Assembly (NCBI GenBank): GCA_964633855.1
Contig: CAZWIN010000001.1
Coordinates: forward strand, 1-36,901
Direction: 5' to 3'
Length of the DNA: 36,901 nt
Source: an uncultured Chitinophagales bacterium
GTDB lineage: Bacteria > Bacteroidota > Ignavibacteria > UBA10030 > UBA6906
The position numbers and the translations under genes are program-made. The notes below the pieces were generated by a model. That model was not told where the DNA came from. It did no database searches and worked only from the letters and a program-made list of their open reading frames with translations. Positions 1 to 8,849 of the stretch are shown here, in pieces; position 1 is the stretch's first letter; the number at the start of each line of letters is the position of its first letter.

Positions 1-66
1 CACGGGTGAGTTTTTGAATTTTCTGACAAAATATAATCAGACTGACCTTGAAAGGCAATCTGCGCG

Positions 67-95
67 TTGACTTTCTTCCCCTTTTTGGCTATCTT
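67..95 (+). promoter_or_regulatory. candidate sigma-70-type promoter of rpsT (TTGACT-17-TATCTT)
   Basis: TTGACT at 67-72, a 17-nt spacer, then TATCTT at 90-95, about 54 nt upstream of the rpsT ATG at 149. Motif match only. Confidence 0.35.
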
Positions 96-148
96 GATAG
101 CCCAATTGAAGCATTTTGTAATCACCCTCTTATCTGTAGGATACCCAG

Positions 149-403
149 ATGGCACAACATAAGTCAGCCGAAAAACGGGCACGCTCAGCAAAGCGTAAAG
201 CTGCCAGAAATAAGCAGGCCCTCTCCCGCTTGAAGACCGCAATCAAACGGGTGCGTACAGCAACCGATAAGGATAAGGCCCGGGCTGAATTAAAGAAGAC
301 CACAAAGATGCTTGACCAGCTTGCCGCCAAGCGCCTCATTCATCCCAACAAGGCATCGAACAACAAGTCAAGACTGACCAAGTTCGTAAGCAAAATCAAG
401 TAA
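149..403 (+). CDS. rpsT: 30S ribosomal protein S20
   Basis: 84-aa, very basic ORF. MAQHKSAEKRARSAKRKAARNKQALSRLKTAIK matches the S20 N-terminal signature. Size is typical and a strong terminator follows. Confidence 0.95.
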   Translation: MAQHKSAEKRARSAKRKAARNKQALSRLKTAIKRVRTATDKDKARAELKKTTKMLDQLAAKRLIHPNKASNNKSRLTKFVSKIK

Positions 404-425
404 AGATCAGCCGGTTTTGTGTAAC

Positions 426-457
426 AAAAAAGCCTCTTCACAAGAAGAGGCTTTTTT
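426..457. terminator. bidirectional intrinsic terminator between convergent rpsT and the TPR gene
   Basis: Stem agcctcttc (431-439), loop acaa, stem gaagaggct (444-452), flanked by an A-run (426-431) and a T-run (452-457). It therefore reads as hairpin plus U-tract on both strands. Confidence 0.8.
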
Positions 458-486
458 GTTGATGTACAATCGTGTGTTCTTTACTG

Positions 487-1152
487 TCAGGATTTTTGCT
501 CCGCGTGCTGCACAACCTCCTCCAGTTCGGCAATACGTTTGTTGTAACGATCCGGCTGGTCGGGGTGTTGATCTTTCAACTTCCTGTAGGCCTCAAGGGC
601 CTCGCGATATTCTCCCTGATTCGCATAGATTTCCGCAAGGGTTGCTGTGACAATTCTCGGAGCGGAGCGCCTGTCCTCTCCCGCTTGCTCAACCGGCGAC
701 TGCTCTGTACTGGGCGTCGGAGGTTGCTTTGCCTGGTGTAAACGCTGAAGAAGAAAATCGGTTGTACTGTCATTGGCGGATGTCTGCCGTGCCGTATATG
801 CCTCCAGCGTCAGCGTATTCCGCCGCTCTTTCAGCTTGTTGGCACGTTCTTCGGCAAACGCTTTGAATGCTTCCTGTTCCCGCTGTTCAATATTCCTCAA
901 TAAAGACAAGACCGCGGGGTTATCCGGGAGGGCACGGTGTACTTTGCGGTATTCCAGCATTGCCTCAACCGTTCTGCCGAGTTGTTCATAGGCTTTCCCC
1001 AAAATCAGGTGTGCTGTGGGATACTCCGGGAAGAAGCGCAATCCGGCAAGGCATACCTCCACCACTTTTTCCGGTTTGCCTTCCTTTAGGTAATACGACG
1101 CCAACCGCGCAAATGGCGGAAACTTCGGGTTGTTTGCAAGCTTGGCCTCCAT
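487..1152 (-). CDS. tetratricopeptide-repeat protein
   Basis: The ORF is 487..1350, but its first codons overlap the 3' end of the upstream GT2 (stop at 1197). I therefore start at ATG 1152; ATG 1236 is an alternative. TPR-like helices include LILGKAYEQLGRTVEAMLEYRKV and LAEIYANQGEYREALEAYRKL. Confidence 0.65.
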   Translation of the reverse strand: MEAKLANNPKFPPFARLASYYLKEGKPEKVVEVCLAGLRFFPEYPTAHLILGKAYEQLGRTVEAMLEYRKVHRALPDNPAVLSLLRNIEQREQEAFKAFAEERANKLKERRNTLTLEAYTARQTSANDSTTDFLLQRLHQAKQPPTPSTEQSPVEQAGEDRRSAPRIVTATLAEIYANQGEYREALEAYRKLKDQHPDQPDRYNKRIAELEEVVQHAEQKS

Positions 1153-1196
1153 CGGAGGGATGTACTTGGCGGACTCCTGGTGGTAAAACACGAGCG

Positions 1197-2675
1197 CTAG
1201 CCTCCTTTGCGTAGTTGCATCTGTCGGGCGATCCATGCGTGTTTCAGTGAAAGCACCGAAACCCATGTGAATCCGAGGAAGAACAGCAGTTGAAACGGAA
1301 CTGCCGCAATCTCCAAAAAATAAATCGAAGATGCAACCCCAAAGAGACAATAAATTGCAAGAATTATTTCCACGACAACAGTGGAACTGATTTTGACCGG
1401 CACATAACTTTTGTCTGTCCAGGAATCTTTCTTGTCTTTGATGCTGTATTTCGGCGTGCGGACAAATTCGCTCTTCTTTTTGAACAATCCCTCAATAACG
1501 GCACGGCTGTTGTTTACGGCAAAGCCCATGCTTCCCGCCATAAACACTGGAAATAAGAATATCCGCCTGCGCCAATCCGAGTACACGTCTTTTTGAGAGA
1601 AAAGGTAGAAGAGAAATGAACCGATGAAGGCAAAGACAAACACCGACATAAATGTAAAATATGTCTCATGCATTCCCGCGTGTTTGATAAACACCAATGG
1701 GACATTCAGAAAACCCGCCAGCACGATAAACGGGAACACCAAATTGTTGGTAAGATGAAATGTCGCATGAATTTTCACCCGCAACGGCAAGCCTGACCGC
1801 CAGACCGAAGGCAGCATCTTGCGCGCGGTCTCAATAGCGCCCTTCGTCCAACGGAATTGTTGTGATTTGAGCGCGTTAATTTCCGACGGAAGCTCCGCCG
1901 GCGAAGTGACGTTATTCAGATACTTGAACTTCCACCCTTTTAACTGGGCGCGGTAGCTTAAATCAAGGTCTTCCGTAAGGGTATCCGCCTGCCAGTTGCC
2001 GGCATCAATAATGCATTCCTTGCGCCAGACGCCTGCTGTACCGTTAAAATTGATAAAGAAGCCGACTTTATTCCTTACTGCCTGCTCGATAACGAAATGG
2101 CCGTCAAGCGCCATTGCCTGGGTTCGCGTCAGCAGGGAGTAATCGGAGTTCAGATGTTCCCACCGTGTTTGCACCATTCCGATGGTCGGATCCGTGGCAA
2201 AGAAAGGAACCGTTTTCAGAAGAAAATCCGGCTTGGGCACGAAGTCAGCATCAAAGATGGCAATATACTCGCCGCGCGCGATGGCAAGCCCCGCCTTGAG
2301 CGCTCCCGCCTTGAACCCCTCGCGGTTTCCCCTGCGGATATGATGAATATCGAAACCGAGTTTGCGGTATCTCTCAACGTAGCCGGCAACAACCCCGACG
2401 GTTTCATCGGTGGAATCATCCAGTACCTGGATTTCCAGCTTCTCCTTCGGGTACACCATTTTGCACGAGGCATCAATGAGCCTTCCAACAACGTAGAGCT
2501 CATTATACACGGGAAGCTGTACGGTCACCGTCGGGTAATGTTCAAGCGCTGGCGCATCCTTTGGGCGCTTCGACCTGAACTTCAGGTAATAGTAAATCAT
2601 GATGAACCCGTGCGACCCGAAAATAAACAGGACTGTCAGTGAGAAGACGTACGAAATCAGAATCAATTGGTCCAT
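1197..2675 (-). CDS. processive family-2 glycosyltransferase (cellulose-synthase/CslA-like membrane GT2)
   Basis: 492 aa with an N-terminal TM helix. GT-A core has VLDDSTD, FDADF (DxD), TED and QQFRW (QxxRW processivity motif), followed by several C-terminal TM helices. Confidence 0.85.
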   Translation of the reverse strand: MDQLILISYVFSLTVLFIFGSHGFIMIYYYLKFRSKRPKDAPALEHYPTVTVQLPVYNELYVVGRLIDASCKMVYPKEKLEIQVLDDSTDETVGVVAGYVERYRKLGFDIHHIRRGNREGFKAGALKAGLAIARGEYIAIFDADFVPKPDFLLKTVPFFATDPTIGMVQTRWEHLNSDYSLLTRTQAMALDGHFVIEQAVRNKVGFFINFNGTAGVWRKECIIDAGNWQADTLTEDLDLSYRAQLKGWKFKYLNNVTSPAELPSEINALKSQQFRWTKGAIETARKMLPSVWRSGLPLRVKIHATFHLTNNLVFPFIVLAGFLNVPLVFIKHAGMHETYFTFMSVFVFAFIGSFLFYLFSQKDVYSDWRRRIFLFPVFMAGSMGFAVNNSRAVIEGLFKKKSEFVRTPKYSIKDKKDSWTDKSYVPVKISSTVVVEIILAIYCLFGVASSIYFLEIAAVPFQLLFFLGFTWVSVLSLKHAWIARQMQLRKGG

Positions 2676-2740
2676 GATGAAGATTTGAAAAACCTCACGT
2701 TGTGTATGATGATGGTGTTGAACATTCGTTTACCGCCGTG

Positions 2741-3259
2741 TTACCAGCCCGACACTGTTTCGAGCAAAATATCTTCCGTCAACTTTTTTATCGCTTCTTG
2801 AATTCCCGCTTCACGCTGCGAAACTCCCCCTCCAGAATCGTAGTCCCCCCAATTCGAGAGCGTTTTCTCCCAGACCTTCTTCCGCAATTTCAAATCCTGA
2901 AAAACACACTTCACGGATATTGTGATGCGGCGCTTGCTTACCTGCTCACCCTGTCCGACCACGGACGGCGCATCGCTCACCGACATGATCACCCCCTCCA
3001 GCATGCAATCCGCCGTGGTGCGATCTGCAACCTCCAGGCTGTTATCCTGGATGAATAAATTCGTGAGCTCCGTGGTGAACTTCTCGCGCAGCCCGGCAGC
3101 GCCAAATCCCGATTGATCGTCAACAAGCGGTATGGCAACCGTCTTCAAATGCGAAGGAACTGATGCCCCCGTAAACGAGTACGGGCATCCTGTCATAAAA
3201 AATACCGGAAACACAATGCAGCACCAGGCAAACAACCACGATGTCGTTGATACGGTCAA
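2741..3259 (-). CDS. lptE: LptE-family LPS-assembly lipoprotein
   Basis: 172 aa. Lipobox-like FFMTGC is followed by [10 protein letters not shown], then [14 protein letters not shown] and a terminal W, the pattern I recall for Bacteroidota-type LptE. Sits downstream of miaB and a sigma-54 activator. The start is TTG at 3259 and is uncertain. Confidence 0.75.
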   Translation of the reverse strand: MTVSTTSWLFAWCCIVFPVFFMTGCPYSFTGASVPSHLKTVAIPLVDDQSGFGAAGLREKFTTELTNLFIQDNSLEVADRTTADCMLEGVIMSVSDAPSVVGQGEQVSKRRITISVKCVFQDLKLRKKVWEKTLSNWGDYDSGGGVSQREAGIQEAIKKLTEDILLETVSGW

Positions 3260-4401
3260 AGCCCGAAGTCCCTGATTTTGCGATAGAGTGTCCGTTCGCT
3301 GATATTCAGCGCCCGCGCCGCGGCACGCCTGTTATAGTTGAAGCGCTCGAGAGTCTCTTTTACAGCATTCTTTTCCACATCCTTCAGCGATGGGATATTT
3401 TCCGCTTCCTTCAGGCCACCCGCTTGTTGTGCGGCAGCAGCAGGCGTCTCAAGTGTTGACAAGCGCTCGGCAAGCAAGTCTCGCAGTTCAAGAATATTAC
3501 TCTTGATATCAAACAGTGCCCGCAGAATAAGCTCCCGCTCTGCCTGCTCAACACTTTTGTTCATCGGCACCGGGAGGTTTCTCTCACCCGTGAACGCCGG
3601 AAAATCTTTCAAATAGCGCGAGACATTCTCCGCTTCTATGCGTTTTCCGCTTTCAATAACGAGCATGCTCTCGACAACATTGCGCAATTCCCGCACATTG
3701 CCCGGCCAGTGGTACGTTTGAAGAAGATGAAGCGCCTCATCGGAAATGCCGCCGAACTTCACGTTGTTCTTCTGTGTAAATTCCTCCACAAAGTGCCGGA
3801 AGAGCACGGGAATATCTCCGGGCCTGTTGCGCAAAGGCGGCACATGGATATTCACGGAGCGCAGGCGATAGAACAAATCCATACGGAAACGGTTGTTCCG
3901 CACTTCGGTTTCAAGATCCTTGTTGGTTGCCGCAATCACCCGGACGTTCACCCGGCGCGGCGTGGAAGAACCGACGCGTAGAAACTCGCCGTTCTCCAGC
4001 ACGCGGAGGAACTTTACCTGCGCGGAAAGCGGCATCTCGCCAATCTCGTCGAGAAAAATTGTGCCGCCATCCGCAAGCTCGAAGTACCCTTTCCGCTGTT
4101 CCGATGCACCGGTAAACGACCCGCGCTCGTGGCCAAACAATTCGCTTTCGATAATCCCTTCCGGAATTGCCGCGCTGTTCACGGTAATGAACGGCTTCTT
4201 GCTGCGGTTGCTTGCAGCATAAATTGCGCGGGCAATGACCTCCTTGCCGACACCGCTTTCACCCGTGACGAGTACGGTAATATCAGTTGGTGCAACCTGC
4301 TCTATAACCTCGGTAATTTTTTTCATCTCCACAGACTCACCGAGGATGCCATGGTTCTCTGCCTGAACAGGCACGGATCTATGTAGAGCAGACCCCTGCA
4401 T
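3256..4401 (-). CDS. sigma-54-dependent transcriptional activator (bEBP) lacking an N-terminal sensory domain
   Basis: Walker [15 protein letters not shown]-loop variant GSFTGA, Walker B IFLDEIGE, and a C-terminal Fis-type HTH ([16 protein letters not shown]). Only about 25 residues precede the AAA+ core. Confidence 0.9.
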   Translation of the reverse strand: MQGSALHRSVPVQAENHGILGESVEMKKITEVIEQVAPTDITVLVTGESGVGKEVIARAIYAASNRSKKPFITVNSAAIPEGIIESELFGHERGSFTGASEQRKGYFELADGGTIFLDEIGEMPLSAQVKFLRVLENGEFLRVGSSTPRRVNVRVIAATNKDLETEVRNNRFRMDLFYRLRSVNIHVPPLRNRPGDIPVLFRHFVEEFTQKNNVKFGGISDEALHLLQTYHWPGNVRELRNVVESMLVIESGKRIEAENVSRYLKDFPAFTGERNLPVPMNKSVEQAERELILRALFDIKSNILELRDLLAERLSTLETPAAAAQQAGGLKEAENIPSLKDVEKNAVKETLERFNYNRRAAARALNISERTLYRKIRDFGL

Positions 4402-5109
4402 TTATCTTGTCACCACAAATGAATCAATGTTGTATTTCTTCTTGATCTCGGCGCTTCCTGCTTTTGCCTCATCGTATGTTGTAAAATTGCCGATGTTGAC
4501 AGTAAAGAGTGAGCGCCCGTCTTTCACCTTGTTGATAACCTCAACGGGATATCCGAGGTCTTCAAAAAACAATTTCTGTTTCTCCGCATTTACCGTGGTC
4601 GTGTAGGCGCCCACCTGGAGCGAAAATTGTCCCTGCACAAGCGTCTTCACCTGCACGTTTCCGGTCGCACTTGATGTTGTTTCCTTTTCTTCCGGAAGAT
4701 TCTTTGTATCTACCTCTCCACCGGTAAGAAGGTATTTTGAAGTCGGATATTCCTTCTTAAGCTGATTCAGTTTCAACTCTGCCGTTCTGTACAAACCGAT
4801 GGCTTGATAGAATTGATGGACCTTGTACAGCGCATCATCCGCCCATTCGTTCTTCGGGTAGTTGTCCACAATTCCCTGATAAATGCGGACCGCCTCTGCA
4901 CCTTCGGGCGTAAGAAGGGCCTTCACATAGAGCACGCCGGGATTGTTGGGATACTTGGCTAGCAATGTCGGGAGTTCTGATTTTACCGGGTCGGTCTGGC
5001 CGCTTTCAATCATGGCGACGTATTGATTCACCGGCGGTTGCTCCTGAGTATAAGCGGAGGTTCCGCTGAAAACAATCAAGACCATCAAAGCAATGTGAAC
5101 GTATTTCAT
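4402..5109 (-). CDS. secreted TPR-like / SPOR-domain (peptidoglycan-binding) protein
   Basis: Signal peptide MKYVHIALMVLIVFSGTSAYT and YbgF/TPR-like helices. The C-terminal FSLQVGAY...LFTVNIGNFTTYDEAKA is a SPOR-domain pattern. Confidence 0.8.
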   Translation of the reverse strand: MKYVHIALMVLIVFSGTSAYTQEQPPVNQYVAMIESGQTDPVKSELPTLLAKYPNNPGVLYVKALLTPEGAEAVRIYQGIVDNYPKNEWADDALYKVHQFYQAIGLYRTAELKLNQLKKEYPTSKYLLTGGEVDTKNLPEEKETTSSATGNVQVKTLVQGQFSLQVGAYTTTVNAEKQKLFFEDLGYPVEVINKVKDGRSLFTVNIGNFTTYDEAKAGSAEIKKKYNIDSFVVTR

Positions 5110-5121
5110 TACGAGAATTCC

Positions 5122-6483
5122 TTATGCCACTTCACTGACCGGTGGGCCGGATGTCGCAGCATTAATCCGTTGAGAAAAGAGGGTTGCTGAATTTGCGCGT
5201 TCTATCCGCACATCTATGTAATCCCCCGCCTTCTCATTCCCCCACTTAAAAATTGCGGTCTTATTTGTATCTGTTCGTCCTGTGAACTCCGCCTGCGATT
5301 TCCGGCTCGGGCCGTCAACAAGAATTCTCTCCGTGCGGCCCACCATCATCTGGTTACGCTGGGAAGAAATCTCATGCTGCAGCGTGGTAATCTCCGAAAC
5401 ACGCAGGCCCTTTACCTCTTCCGAAACATCATCGGCCATGTTCCAGGCTTTGGTGTTTTCACGCGGGGAATATTTGAATGTGTAGGCGCCGTCATACTGC
5501 ACCTCACGGATCAAATCCATTGTCATTCTGTGTTCCGCCTCTGATTCCGTCGGGAAGCCGGAAATGAGGTCTGTGCTGAGGCTGACACCGGGGATCGCTT
5601 TTCTGATTTTTTCCACCAGGCTGAGATAATGTTCAATGGTATAGGTGCGGTTCATCAGTTCGAGAATCCGGTTGGAGCCGGATTGAACGGGAAGATGTAC
5701 ATACTTGCAGATATTGTCATGGCGCGCGATCGTTGCAATCAGTTTGTCCGACATATCCTGCGGATGTGATGTGGTAAACCGGACACGAATATCGCTGTCA
5801 ACCTCTGCGACACCGTGCATCAGGTCTGCGAAGTCGTGCGTGCCATCAAGATACGAGTTGACATTCTGGCCGAGGAGTGTGACTTCTCTGAAGCCGCGTG
5901 CTGCAAGCGTTTTCACTTCTTCAACAATACTGTGAAGCGAACGGCTTCGTTCCCTGCCGCGCGTAAACGGCACGACGCAGAATGTGCAGAACTTGTCGCA
6001 GCCGCGCATAACAGAGATCCATGCGCTGATGCCGTCGGTGCGTAATGGCTCAATATCGTCGTAGGTCTCAACGCGTGAGAGGCGTACGGCTATCCCTTTT
6101 TCGCCTTCGTATGCCTGCTCCATCAACTCGGGAAGCTTGCGGTACTCATCCGGCCCGACCACAAGGTCAACCATCTTCTTTTCTTCAATCAACTCCTTGC
6201 GCAGGCGCTCTGCCATGCAGCCAAGGACTCCGACGATCAAATCGGGTTTTCTTTTTTTGTAGGCATGAAACAACCCCAGCCGCCCGTAAATCCGCTGCTC
6301 GGCATTATCTCTTATGGCACACGTGTTCACCAGAATCACATCCGCCTCGGCGATTTCTCCGGTGAAGGTATAGCCCTCCTTCGAGAGAATTCCTCCGACC
6401 AGTTCGGAATCCGCCACGTTCATCTGGCAACCGTATGTTTCGACGTAAACTTTTTTCAAGGGGGTGTCTGACAAAAAGTGCAT
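5122..6483 (-). CDS. miaB: tRNA-2-methylthio-N6-dimethylallyladenosine synthase (methylthiotransferase MiaB)
   Basis: 453 aa with the MTTase N-domain VYVETYGCQMN, radical-SAM CDKFCTFC, and a TRAM-like C-terminus. Confidence 0.93.
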   Translation of the reverse strand: MHFLSDTPLKKVYVETYGCQMNVADSELVGGILSKEGYTFTGEIAEADVILVNTCAIRDNAEQRIYGRLGLFHAYKKRKPDLIVGVLGCMAERLRKELIEEKKMVDLVVGPDEYRKLPELMEQAYEGEKGIAVRLSRVETYDDIEPLRTDGISAWISVMRGCDKFCTFCVVPFTRGRERSRSLHSIVEEVKTLAARGFREVTLLGQNVNSYLDGTHDFADLMHGVAEVDSDIRVRFTTSHPQDMSDKLIATIARHDNICKYVHLPVQSGSNRILELMNRTYTIEHYLSLVEKIRKAIPGVSLSTDLISGFPTESEAEHRMTMDLIREVQYDGAYTFKYSPRENTKAWNMADDVSEEVKGLRVSEITTLQHEISSQRNQMMVGRTERILVDGPSRKSQAEFTGRTDTNKTAIFKWGNEKAGDYIDVRIERANSATLFSQRINAATSGPPVSEVA

Positions 6484-6498
6484 ATGAAAAGCGGTGCT

Positions 6499-6527
6499 AA
6501 TCTATCCAGAAGGTGCACGAAAAGCAA
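6499..6527 (-). promoter_or_regulatory. candidate promoter of miaB (TTGCTT-17-TAGATT)
   Basis: On the minus strand: TTGCTT (6527-6522), a 17-nt spacer, then TAGATT (6504-6499). Only 15 nt lie between the -10 box and the ATG at 6483. Confidence 0.4.
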
Positions 6528-6720
6528 AGAAATGGGCGTTAATTCTTTTTAATTCAATTACTCGACCGATTAAAGGCTGAAAACTATGCCATTTTAGTCA
6601 CACCCGGGTTTAGGTGAATGGAGGGAGAAATCAGCCACTAAACAGTATCCCGGCGGGATAAAAAATAGTGCTCAAGACCCAATACACGATCTCCGGCCTG
6701 TGTTGTAGCAGACTTTCCCC

Positions 6721-6734
6721 TACTTTTGTATCTT
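6721..6734 (+). promoter_or_regulatory. candidate promoter core of pta
   Basis: tacttttgtatctt contains an exact Bacteroidota-type -7 box TAnnTTTG (6721-6728) and a TATCTT hexamer (6729-6734), 43-49 nt upstream of ATG 6777. I found no good -35. Confidence 0.3.
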
Positions 6735-6776
6735 CATTCGCAATCCGGATACGTTCCAATCACCAACAATACGTGT

Positions 6777-7760
6777 ATGATGCCCTCCGATCTGATGAAC
6801 AGCGTTCTGGCAAAAGCCAAATCTTTGAAAAAAACTGTGGTTCTTCCTGATGCGACCGATGAACGCACCATTCAGGCGGCGCGCCAACTTGTTGATAAAG
6901 GGATATCAGTACCGATTCTTGTCGGAAACGAGCAGGCAATCGTCGACGTGGCAAAAAAAATCACCACGCCGCTCTCGGGAATACGGCTGGTGGATCCGCA
7001 GAAGTCAGACAAGCTCAGTGATTTCTCTCATGTGTTCTTCAACCTGCGGAAAGCAAAAGGATTGAAGTTCGAAGACGCACAGAAACAACTACTGAATCCG
7101 CTTTTTTTCAGTGCGATGATGGTAAAGGAAGGAATGGCGGACGGAAGTGTGGCGGGTTCGCTTTCGACGACCGGCGACGTATTGCGCGCGGGGATTCAGG
7201 TGATCGGGTTGAACGACGGCATTAGTGTTGTCTCCAGCTTTTTCCTGATGGTGTTCCCCCACCAGGCATATACCTTCGCGGATTGCGCCGTTGTTCCCGA
7301 TCCGACTGCAGAACAACTTGCGGATATTGCCATATCATCAGCAGAAAACCACAAGCGGCTCACCGGCGAAGAACCACGCGTTGCGATGTTGTCGTTCTCC
7401 ACAAAGGGAAGCGCGAGCCATCCCCTTGTTGACAAAGTGCAGAAGGCAACGGCGATGCTCAACGCCAAACAGCCCGGCCTGCTTGCCGATGGCGAGTTGC
7501 AACTCGATGCGGCAATCGTTCCGAAGGTCGCACAATCAAAAGCACCGGGAAGCGCCATAGGCGGAAGGGCGAATGTGCTCGTGTTCCCCGACCTCAATGC
7601 AGGAAACATCGGCTACAAGCTTGCCCAGCGGCTTGGCGGGGCCGAGGCGGTGGGCCCGATTGTTCAGGGGCTTCGTAAACCAGCGTTTGACCTCTCGCGT
7701 GGTTGTAGTGTTGCAGATATTGTGAACGTCGTCGCGATTAATGCGGTGATGGGAGAGTAG
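6777..7760 (+). CDS. pta: phosphate acetyltransferase (short form)
   Basis: 327 aa from ATG 6777; the ORF opens at TTG 6726. PTA_PTB-type motifs: [48 protein letters not shown]. Confidence 0.9.
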   Translation: MMPSDLMNSVLAKAKSLKKTVVLPDATDERTIQAARQLVDKGISVPILVGNEQAIVDVAKKITTPLSGIRLVDPQKSDKLSDFSHVFFNLRKAKGLKFEDAQKQLLNPLFFSAMMVKEGMADGSVAGSLSTTGDVLRAGIQVIGLNDGISVVSSFFLMVFPHQAYTFADCAVVPDPTAEQLADIAISSAENHKRLTGEEPRVAMLSFSTKGSASHPLVDKVQKATAMLNAKQPGLLADGELQLDAAIVPKVAQSKAPGSAIGGRANVLVFPDLNAGNIGYKLAQRLGGAEAVGPIVQGLRKPAFDLSRGCSVADIVNVVAINAVMGE

Positions 7761-8099
7761 AGAAACCCAAAGATCGAGCTGCATAATACAACAAAAATGG
7801 CTTAGTATGACTGCAACAAAAGAAATGCAATTGTGGCTATCAACAACGTTCTCAAATGAAGACGACGGCCTCCCTGCAGTGCAGCGTAAATCTGCGGCTG
7901 TTCTTTAAAACAAGCAGCAAGTCTTCCAGTTGGCAGATTGTCTTGCCCGAGTTTCCAACTAACTTATGTCAGACGATTTTTGTCACATGTATTTTCGGGA
8001 TTACAATGAACTATGGAACGGGAAAGACTGTATTGATCTCGAAATCAACGTCGAACAAAGCGCTGCAGGGATAGATTCATAATATGCCCTAATGCAAAG

Positions 8100-8129
8100 C
8101 AGAGACCTTCTTCACTCTCGGTGTCTCTG
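8100..8129 (-). terminator. weak hairpin downstream of the DUF3298-like gene
   Basis: 7-bp stem cagagac (8100-8106) / gtctctg (8123-8129) with a 16-nt loop. On the minus strand it is followed by CUUUGCAUU. Poor U-tract. Confidence 0.25.
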
Positions 8130-8131
8130 TG

Positions 8132-8833
8132 TCAATCGTTAACCCCAATCATTTTCCTGTTAAACCCCTCCCCCAACTCCTCTACACTCAGCTTCACTTG
8201 TATTGCCCCCGATGACCAAGGCCCTACATCGTAGGGGTTAAAGAGAAAGAGAAGCCCATCCGGCTGGACGACGAAGAGTTCAAGATGGTCGTTCGTCAGG
8301 TTCTTCACGGTCCCATCCCGCACAACCGTAGCGCGGTCGTCCTCTCTCAGTTTTGCCAGAAGTGTCTCAGCGAGCTGCGTGCGGTACGTTGTATCCGCAG
8401 CGAAGAAGTCGGCAAGCCTCAATTGCTTCACCTTTCCCTTTACCCGGCCCATATTGAATACCGTATAGGCAAAATTTCCATGCGCGCCGCCGGTGTATTC
8501 ATATACTTCAAACTTAACGCTGATGAGCCGTAATGAATCTGAATACATCACGACGTAATCCGCTTTGTATTCGTACGGTGCAATGGGTTTGCCAATCTCA
8601 CCGATAGCTTTTTTGCAAGCGTTGATAAAGCGGCGCTGCTCTTTCCTTGCCCAATTGACAACGGTGTTGTTTACGTGTCTTGCAAACCGTGTGCGTTCCT
8701 GAAACTGCGGGTACGTTGCTTCGGCCTTGTAGTATCCCTCCCTCTTGATCGAAAGGGATTTCGTCACCGGCTGGCCAGCGTAGGCGCAGACGGCAACAGA
8801 GGTAATCAGCAACACTTGCACTACCCAACGCAT
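8132..8833 (-). CDS. secreted DUF3298/DUF4163-like (RsiV/PdaC C-terminal domain-like) protein
   Basis: Signal peptide MRWVVQVLLITSVAVCAYAG. YPQF...; EYTGGAHGN is the hallmark I recall for DUF3298. ATG at 8833; GTG 8839 is an alternative. Lies 10-16 nt downstream of the ABC permease. Confidence 0.65.
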   Translation of the reverse strand: MRWVVQVLLITSVAVCAYAGQPVTKSLSIKREGYYKAEATYPQFQERTRFARHVNNTVVNWARKEQRRFINACKKAIGEIGKPIAPYEYKADYVVMYSDSLRLISVKFEVYEYTGGAHGNFAYTVFNMGRVKGKVKQLRLADFFAADTTYRTQLAETLLAKLREDDRATVVRDGTVKNLTNDHLELFVVQPDGLLFLFNPYDVGPWSSGAIQVKLSVEELGEGFNRKMIGVND

Positions 8834-8849
8834 ATTCACGTCCGCATAC

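Noticed and set aside
150-155. TGGCAC sigma-54 -24-like hexamers at 150-155 and 840-845, and a GG-N10-GC match at 6512-6525.
   Set aside because: The first is part of the rpsT start codon region (ATGGCACAA). The second lacks a TTGC -12 element at the right spacing and is antisense inside the TPR gene. The third matches only the invariant dinucleotides.
48-233. 61-aa ORF overlapping the rpsT start, plus other 60-90-aa ORFs overlapping annotated genes in other frames.
   Set aside because: They overlap confidently identified genes and have implausible compositions.
6777-7760. pta without an adjacent ackA.
   Set aside because: Unlinked pta and ackA genes are common, so this is not informative on its own.
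7871-8071. 9-bp inverted repeat tccctgcag (7871-7879) / ctgcaggga (8063-8071) flanking about 190 bp in the pta-downstream gap (MITE-like?).
   Set aside because: It is too short to be significant, I saw no target-site duplication, and there are no other copies in the window.
7856-8074. 72-aa ORF in the 370-nt gap.
   Set aside because: It has no SD or promoter and no recognisable motif or composition bias typical of real small proteins. It is retained only as part of the gap finding.
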